A DNA stretch of 43,363 nt. Origin: Promethearchaeota archaeon. GTDB taxonomy: Archaea > Asgardarchaeota > Lokiarchaeia > Sigyniarchaeales > SOKP01. Both the position numbers and the translations under genes were made by a program. Of this stretch, positions 37,452-43,363 are shown piece after piece. Position 1 is the first letter of the stretch; each line of letters begins with the position of its first letter. The DNA lies in the NCBI GenBank assembly GCA_048941265.1, contig JBHLNT010000018.1, positions 1-43,363 on the forward strand, written 5' to 3'. The notes under the pieces were generated by a model, which did no database searches, had not been told where the DNA came from, and saw only the letters and a list, made by a program, of their open reading frames with translations.

Positions 37452-37957
37452 TAGAATCCCCCTCCGGATTTTATCTTATACACCTGGATACACGAAGTGT
37501 GGCCCAATGCCTTTGATTGTTCAACTTTATAAGGTTCTAAATAAATGGAAGACATATCTTTCGATTTTTTACTAATTAGAGAAATAAATTCAGATACTAA
37601 ACCTAATGTAATCTCACATCCGGCGATGTTTATATCTTCATAATGATATTTACATAACGCACAGTTGTTTTCTTTGACGCTTATTAAATCGTCTTTAATC
37701 TCAATTACCACATTACTAATGAAAATTTTTTTATAAATTGTTGAGATAACATCTTTTACATTTACTACAGTGACCATATAAATAGGCTTCCAATAATTAA
37801 AGATGGTACGCGCGATATTACGTCCCATTCTGCGCAGTCTTTTGATTTGATCTGTTTTACCATTTTTTTCCATAAATCGGGCTAAATGATAAATTGCATT
37901 ACGCATTTGATTCATCGTTGCTTCTGCCTGGAATACTTCTCCTTTCGTATAGTTCAT
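37451..37957 (-). CDS. Stand-alone V4R/Bet3(TRAPP)-like protein
   Basis: RLRRMGRNIARTI (cf. Bet3 LxxMGxxIG), NCALC, GCEITLGLV, EQSKALGHTSC; stop overlaps next start (TAATG). Confidence 0.65.
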   Translation of the reverse strand: MNYTKGEVFQAEATMNQMRNAIYHLARFMEKNGKTDQIKRLRRMGRNIARTIFNYWKPIYMVTVVNVKDVISTIYKKIFISNVVIEIKDDLISVKENNCALCKYHYEDINIAGCEITLGLVSEFISLISKKSKDMSSIYLEPYKVEQSKALGHTSCIQVYKIKSGGGF

Positions 37958-38189
37958 ATTTTGTGACTTTTTTTTTATTTTAATTTGTATAGTTGAAAAA
38001 CAACAATCTATTTTAAAATTTTTAATCTAAATCAAATTATTAATAATATTTTTTTCGTAAAAGATTCTTAATCAATATTAAAATCAGATAAAGAAAGAAC
38101 TATTAATTTTTCATAAAATTTTATAATTTTTAATTTATTTTGCTAAAACAATCGGGATAAGATTAAATTATAATAAGGAGAGATTTTTA

Positions 38190-39494
38190 ATGGTCAGAAA
38201 AGAAAAAATTGTATTGATTGGTGCAGGCTCCTTGATATTTGGATTGGGAGCAGTTGGAAACATATTTGCATCTGAAATATTAGAAGGAGCTACTATATGT
38301 CTTCATGATATTAATTCTGAAAACTTAGATTTGGCAAATCAAGCAAGTCAAGCTGCAATAGATAAAAGAAAGTTAAATTTTGAACTTACATCTACGACAG
38401 ACAGAAAGAAAGCTTTAAAACACGCTACTTTCATAACTAGTTCCATAGAAGTAGCTCCGCGTTATCCACTATTAGACTTAGATTATAGAATTCCTCAAGA
38501 ATTTGGCAATAAGCAAGTTTCGGGAGAAAATGGGGGCCCTGGAGGTTTATTTCATAGTCTTCGTATTATTCCACCAGTTATGGAGATCTGTGATGATATA
38601 AATAAAATTTGTCCCAATGCTTTTCTTATTAATCTCTCAAATCCTATGAGCCGCATTTGCCTCGCAATAAAAAGAAAATACCCCAATCTCAAATTTATTG
38701 GTCTCTGTCATGAATATCACCATTTTTTGCCAATCCTTAAAAATATTCTCCGTACACCGCTTTTAAATTTAGATATCAAAGGGGGTGGATTAAATCATTT
38801 CGGTACCTTTTTAAGTATAAAATACAGGGACACAGGTAGAGATGCATATCCCGATCTCCGTAAGAAGGGCCCGGGATTTTTAGCAAATCTGAAATCTTAT
38901 GATGGATTTAAACTTATTAGTTTCATATTGAAAACATATGGGTATTGCCCATATACCACTGATAGCCATTATGGAGAATATGTAGGATGGGCATGGGAGA
39001 AAGCCGATATCCCCGCGATACGCCGTTTTTGGGCTTCTCATGGGCGGGTAATCACTAATTATCGCTTAACAAAACTGAAACAACTCATTGAAAGAGGAAA
39101 AGGGCATAAAATTGTGAAACCTGATGATGAGCACGCTATCCCTATAATTGAAGGGATATTAACAGATGCTAATTATAAAGAAGATTCTGTGAATATTCCT
39201 AATGATGGGATCATCACAAACTTACCGAAGGATGCAATAGTGGAATGCCCAGCCATAATAAATAAAAACGGGATAAAAGGTATTAAACTCGGAGAATACC
39301 CAAAAGGGCTGGTAGCTCTTTTGCGAACTCAATGCTCAGTTCAAGATCTTGTGGTAGAAGCAGCATTAAATAAATCAAAGGATCTTGCCCTGCAAGCGCT
39401 TCTTGCTGATCCGGTTGTTGAGAACTATTGGCAAGCTAAAAAGATTTTAGAACATATGCTACAGGTACAATCTGATTACATTAAACTGGAATAA
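38190..39494 (+). CDS. Glycoside hydrolase family 4 (NAD+/Mn2+-dependent alpha-galactosidase/glucosidase)
   Basis: KIVLIGAGS, GENGGPGG...LR.IP, NLSNPM, GLCH, GLNH, DSHYGEY, VNIPN.G.I.NLP...VECP, ALLADP; AAGGAG SD upstream. Confidence 0.93.
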   Translation: MVRKEKIVLIGAGSLIFGLGAVGNIFASEILEGATICLHDINSENLDLANQASQAAIDKRKLNFELTSTTDRKKALKHATFITSSIEVAPRYPLLDLDYRIPQEFGNKQVSGENGGPGGLFHSLRIIPPVMEICDDINKICPNAFLINLSNPMSRICLAIKRKYPNLKFIGLCHEYHHFLPILKNILRTPLLNLDIKGGGLNHFGTFLSIKYRDTGRDAYPDLRKKGPGFLANLKSYDGFKLISFILKTYGYCPYTTDSHYGEYVGWAWEKADIPAIRRFWASHGRVITNYRLTKLKQLIERGKGHKIVKPDDEHAIPIIEGILTDANYKEDSVNIPNDGIITNLPKDAIVECPAIINKNGIKGIKLGEYPKGLVALLRTQCSVQDLVVEAALNKSKDLALQALLADPVVENYWQAKKILEHMLQVQSDYIKLE

Positions 39495-39632
39495 TTATTT
39501 CGGAATTTTATAATTAAATTCAACTAGTTTTAACTAATTGAGACCTGTGTATTTTACCAAAGAAAAGAAAATTTCGAACTAAATGTGGTTATAACGATTA
39601 ATGATTTAACTCTAAATTTATATAAGAATTTA

Positions 39633-39755
39633 ATGTTAAAAATAAAATTAAGAGTTATTGGGTGTCAGATCCAATGCTTTGATGGTGATCGTGTAGGGTA
39701 TCTGGAACGCATTAAAAAAGCTCTTCACCAATTAAAAAATAATTATTTTCCTTGA
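39633..39755 (+). pseudogene. Probable 5' remnant of a carbon-nitrogen hydrolase (nitrilase superfamily) gene
   Basis: My translation: MLKIKLRVIGCQIQCFDGDRVGYLERIKKALHQLKNNYFP*. It resembles the nitrilase N-terminal strand-helix (xRVAxxQ...GD...NLxRI) but stops after 40 aa. Confidence 0.45.
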
Positions 39756-39765
39756 TTCTACGAAT

Positions 39766-39792
39766 GAAAAAGGGAAAGAAATAAAAAAAAAA
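39766..39792 (-). terminator. Oligo-T tract, putative archaeal terminator for the lipase gene
   Basis: Long A-runs on + (T-runs on -) beginning ~20 nt past the stop at 39814. Confidence 0.35.
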
Positions 39793-39813
39793 GGATTAAA
39801 TTAATCCTCATTA

Positions 39814-41241
39814 TTAGACTGTTTGTTCAAGCCATGTACCTAATCTCGGGAATACTTCTATTGGTGTCGTTGTGCCCATTGCTAGGTCAATGTGAGCACC
39901 TTCGACAAAATATACTTCATCATTACTGTTAGGTGTCTTCGCATCCATCAGATGCTCAATAATCTCATCGGCAATGACAAGATCCATAAACTCTCCGTTG
40001 TGAGTCGCGAGAAAACAAATCGTCGCAACTCTCACTTTATCCATATGATCAATATAATAGTAATATCGATCAAACCATCCGCCAGGTGTATCTGGAATGA
40101 TCTCATTTTCATTGTTTCGATTCTCGTAATGCTCACGAGCGGTTTTATGGAAAGACCAGTCCATGTATTGAGAGAGTATCTTATTGTAAGTATTATCTAA
40201 TGTATATCTTAATAAGTAATACATCAATGGATCATTCATATGTTTCGGATCTGTGTTCAAAATATCAATAATTAATTGAGCCAGTTCAGTTCCTCCGATT
40301 AAATTATCTAACGCATCCAATAATTGCACCATAAATTCTACAGGGTCATCGAAAAAAATTCCGAGAAGGTCATCTATAATCATTCTAATATCCAAGTAAA
40401 TATCTGGGTCTACAATCATCCACATCAGTAAAGTATCTAAAATGGATGGTAATTTTGCGATCATCGCAGGCTCAAGGGCTATGAAGCCTAAAATCGTTTC
40501 TGAACCTTCAGTGATGCCATTCCGTTCATCAGATTTAGCCTGATTTGAGACGACATAAGTTCCACTGAACCAAGAAGTTTTGAACTCGCATCCCTGCAAG
40601 TAAATATAGGTAACAAGGCCACCAGTTGAGTGCCCTCCGATTACAGGATGCTGACCCGTTATTTCATAAACTTTTCTGACCGCAGGTGGTACGTCATAAA
40701 TAGCCCATACATCTAGAGATGTGTCACCATTTCCCATATCACTTTTCATCTCACCATATCCTGTTCCTCTATAATTAACGAAGAACGGATCATAACCCAT
40801 TTTCCATAAATAATAAGCCATGCTATAATAGAGCATAGGGTCATCTTCTATATTTTCATCTCCTTCTGCCCATTCAGCAATTTCATCTGGCACCTGAGGA
40901 TCATAAAGATCTTCGATCGCAGATGTCGAATGTATTAAATACTGATTCATATTGGAGATCAAACCAGAAAACAAGAGAATAGGCTGTGAGCCTTCATTGC
41001 ATGTTTCTCCCGGGGGATGGTACCGAAGCATCTTGAGTGTCAATCCATCTTCAGTCTGGATATCATAGATTTGTCCGATATCGTAATAGAATGAGTTAGT
41101 ATTTTCTATCTCAACGGGGATCTGTGGATCAGGCTCGGGGTCTCTATCCCACCACCAACCAAGACTGGTAGCTGCAAACATCGATACTTGAACAACCATA
41201 ACAGCAATTAATAAGATTCCGATTGTTTTTTTGCTTTTCAT
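39814..41241 (-). CDS. Secreted alpha/beta hydrolase (acid-lipase-like)
   Basis: Signal peptide MKSKKTIGILLIAV..., IQTEDGLTL, NYRG, YDVP, GHSTG nucleophile elbow, DLVI and AHIDL candidates for Asp and His. Confidence 0.85.
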   Translation of the reverse strand: MKSKKTIGILLIAVMVVQVSMFAATSLGWWWDRDPEPDPQIPVEIENTNSFYYDIGQIYDIQTEDGLTLKMLRYHPPGETCNEGSQPILLFSGLISNMNQYLIHSTSAIEDLYDPQVPDEIAEWAEGDENIEDDPMLYYSMAYYLWKMGYDPFFVNYRGTGYGEMKSDMGNGDTSLDVWAIYDVPPAVRKVYEITGQHPVIGGHSTGGLVTYIYLQGCEFKTSWFSGTYVVSNQAKSDERNGITEGSETILGFIALEPAMIAKLPSILDTLLMWMIVDPDIYLDIRMIIDDLLGIFFDDPVEFMVQLLDALDNLIGGTELAQLIIDILNTDPKHMNDPLMYYLLRYTLDNTYNKILSQYMDWSFHKTAREHYENRNNENEIIPDTPGGWFDRYYYYIDHMDKVRVATICFLATHNGEFMDLVIADEIIEHLMDAKTPNSNDEVYFVEGAHIDLAMGTTTPIEVFPRLGTWLEQTV

Positions 41242-41828
41242 TTATATTTTTCCCTCTCTTGATCTAAGTTTTTAAGTTAGATTCTAAAGAATTAAATTAC
41301 CTTAATATTAAAGTATTTTGGAAAAAATCTGATTTTTACTAACGTAATCTCAAAATAAATATTATATAAAACAATTTAGGTTATCAGAAATTTTAGAAAT
41401 ATTAAGAATTATCACCAGATTTTAATGAAAATTGTTCATGCAAAGGTTTAAATATATTCTCTATTCGTAGAAGCTGAAACCAGCAACATCTATCGGATAG
41501 AGTATTCATAGTGCAAATCTAAAGAATAACAATAACACGTTCCCTTAAATTCAAAGGTTTAATTGTTTGAAAAACGAGGGAAAAATGCATATTATTTCGC
41601 TTTGGATTTTTGATATAATTTCATTAATTGCTCTTATCAGGTAGGTATCTTTTAAATCTTCGTATGGTTCATATATTTTAACTTTAGCAATTTGTTTTAT
41701 TTTTATAGAAGTTATTTTGATTAAAAGCCTCAAAAAACAAAAAAAACACCATTTACTAAAATGAATTCCTCCAATTCCCTTTTTTGGTACAAATAAAATT
41801 AGAATAAGAAAAAAAATTTAATTTTTAT

Positions 41829-43363
41829 TTATTTTACTTGAATTTTGATTTTTCGTCTCGAAAGTAATAGTAGAGAGATTATCCCGATAACAAGGAAGAT
41901 GAAATAATAATTGCCAAAGGGAATACTTTCTGCTTCACTATTACCCCCACTGCTACCGCCTCCGCCGCCTCCACCGCCACCTCCTCCGCCTTCATCAGTA
42001 CCTTCACTGCTAGGTTTACTATTAGGATCATTTGGATCAGTATTGTAGACTTTTACTTCATCACCATCAGTATAACCATCATCATCACTGTCATTGTCAT
42101 TTGGATCTGTCTGATAGTAAAACTCCTCATAATTATAGAGATCATCCAGATCCTCATCGTCATTGGAGTCATCTGTAAGTGGATCAAGCTTATTACTCAC
42201 TTCCCAGCCATCAGGCATGCCATCATCTTCCGAATCTGGATCATTTGGAAAAGTGTTGCTTAGATACTCATCCTTATTTGAGAGCATATCTTTGTCTAGA
42301 TCATCTGTAGAATCATTGAGCATGGGATCAAGTCCATAATTTACTTCCCAACCATCTGGCATTCCATCATCTTCTGAATCAGGATCGTTTGGATCTGTAT
42401 AATAATCATTTATTTCTTGCCCATCCTCTAAGTTATCATCATCAGAATCAACATCATTGGGATCAGTAGAATAGATATAGAATTCTTCACCATCTAACAA
42501 ATTATCCCCATCAGTATCGGGCTTATTTGGATTTGTATTACAAATATATTCATGAAAATTTGATAATAAATCAAAATCGCTATCAACCTTTGACTGACTC
42601 ATAGTTCTGTGATAAAAAAGATCTCCTGATCCTCCTTGCCAATGTATTAATTTTCCTGAAGGATTGGGATTTAAAGCATAAACCTTATAATTCTCACTGC
42701 CAAAAACAATTTCATTGAGTCCATCATTATCTAAATCGCCAAGAACGGCACCATAAGATATCCCCGCCGGTAAAAAGGGAGGGTCTGGTATACAAGTATA
42801 TGTCCATATCGTGGCTCCACTACTCCCAGCTATCGCATACAATTTACCATCACCACTTCCTACAATAATATCTAATTTTCCATTTCCAGTGATATCTCCT
42901 ATTGTTGGACAAGCACGAACATAACCTCCGGTTAAATACTCTCGATAGATTTGTCCATTCTCACCATTTATGAAATAAATTTTGCCATTATCACTTCCCA
43001 TAACGACTTCGACTTTTCCATCGAGATCTATATCACCAATAGCCGCTGATGAACGCTGTACATCTCCTGTAGATGTTTCCCATAATTCTGACTTATCTTC
43101 CCCATTTAACGCAATAATCTTATTAGATCCACTCCCTAAAATCACTTCTAATTTACCATCATTATCAATATCTCCCAATGCTGGATCGGAGAATATATCA
43201 GTACCAACTCCAATACTATATTTCCATAATTCAGTACCATCTTCTCCATTTATTGCAAATAAAGTCCCCCAATCATTTCCAACTATAGCTTCTAATTTAC
43301 CATCATTATCAATATCTCCTAACGCAACAGAAGATCTGATATGATAATCACTTCCAGTAGAAT
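41829..43363 (-). CDS. Large surface protein, C-terminal part: FG-GAP/PQQ-like propeller repeats, Ca-binding DxDxDG repeats, poly-Gly linker, Loki-type C-terminal anchor
   Basis: The frame stays open past 43178 to the window edge (STGSDYHIRSSVALGDIDNDGKLE...), so 43178 is not the true start. Five GDIDxDGKxE-type repeats; C-terminus IPFGN + TM + RRK. Confidence 0.88.
   Translation of the reverse strand, partial: STGSDYHIRSSVALGDIDNDGKLEAIVGNDWGTLFAINGEDGTELWKYSIGVGTDIFSDPALGDIDNDGKLEVILGSGSNKIIALNGEDKSELWETSTGDVQRSSAAIGDIDLDGKVEVVMGSDNGKIYFINGENGQIYREYLTGGYVRACPTIGDITGNGKLDIIVGSGDGKLYAIAGSSGATIWTYTCIPDPPFLPAGISYGAVLGDLDNDGLNEIVFGSENYKVYALNPNPSGKLIHWQGGSGDLFYHRTMSQSKVDSDFDLLSNFHEYICNTNPNKPDTDGDNLLDGEEFYIYSTDPNDVDSDDDNLEDGQEINDYYTDPNDPDSEDDGMPDGWEVNYGLDPMLNDSTDDLDKDMLSNKDEYLSNTFPNDPDSEDDGMPDGWEVSNKLDPLTDDSNDDEDLDDLYNYEEFYYQTDPNDNDSDDDGYTDGDEVKVYNTDPNDPNSKPSSEGTDEGGGGGGGGGGGGSSGGNSEAESIPFGNYYFIFLVIGIISLLLLSRRKIKIQVK
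41955..41990 (-). repeat. GGN x12 poly-glycine coding tract
   Basis: Twelve consecutive Gly codons with mixed third positions; conspicuously GC-rich against the background. Confidence 0.9.
42010..42590 (-). repeat. Tandem Asp-rich Ca-binding (thrombospondin-3-like) coding repeats
   Basis: Units of ~24 aa (TDPNDxDSDDDGxxDGxE); DPDSEDDGMPDGWEV occurs twice, 144 nt apart (near 42199 and 42343). Confidence 0.85.

Noticed and set aside
39521-39540. Imperfect inverted repeat CAACTAGTT-TT-AACTAATTG after the GH4 stop
   Set aside because: Short, AT-rich and mismatched; not distinguishable from chance.
41242-41828. Long intergenic region with a 60-aa ORF (41551-41733) ending in TGA; considered as selenoprotein read-through, ncRNA or gene remnant
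   Set aside because: No recognisable protein motif, convincing SECIS or stable hairpin seen. It may be a decayed gene, but I cannot support a call.
43145-43319. Perfect 31-nt direct repeat CTTCTAATTTACCATCATTATCAATATCTCC at 43145 and 43289, CRISPR-repeat-sized
   Set aside because: Only two copies, 144 nt apart and in frame; both encode the GDIDNDGKLE protein repeat. No cas genes are present.
1788-43344. Short antisense or overlapping ORFs in the track (e.g. 1788-2030, 7697-7915, 21661-21993, 22558-22857, 28504-28845, 32674-32976, 39892-40200, 42982-43344)
   Set aside because: Each lies opposite or inside a well-supported gene and has no recognisable motif; they are shadow ORFs.

Overview
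AT-rich, gene-dense chromosomal segment most consistent with an Asgard archaeon of the Lokiarchaeia type. This is inferred from gene content: ribophorin I, an OSTC/DC2-like protein, Sec61beta, a roadblock protein, V4R/TRAPP-like proteins, a C34/TFE-beta homologue, an intron-containing tRNA and a Loki-type C-terminal anchor. It holds about 40 CDSs (two cut by the window edges), one tRNA-Gln(UUG) with a 30-nt intron at a non-canonical position, and one short gene remnant. I found no CRISPR array, rRNA or transposase. The core is a ~10 kb minus-strand run tied to membrane glycobiology (ribophorin I, Trm112, tRNA, GPT/AglH, a large M48 protease, polyprenyl-phosphate phosphoribosyltransferase, PHP phosphoesterase, DUF362), head-to-head with Sec61beta. 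The best candidates for an undescribed system are (1) the UbiA/DPPR-synthase + PHP + DUF362 operon, a possible lipid-linked pentose donor pathway without DprE1/E2, and (2) a translationally coupled pair of V4R/Bet3-like proteins. All family calls come from motif recognition by eye; no database search was run.
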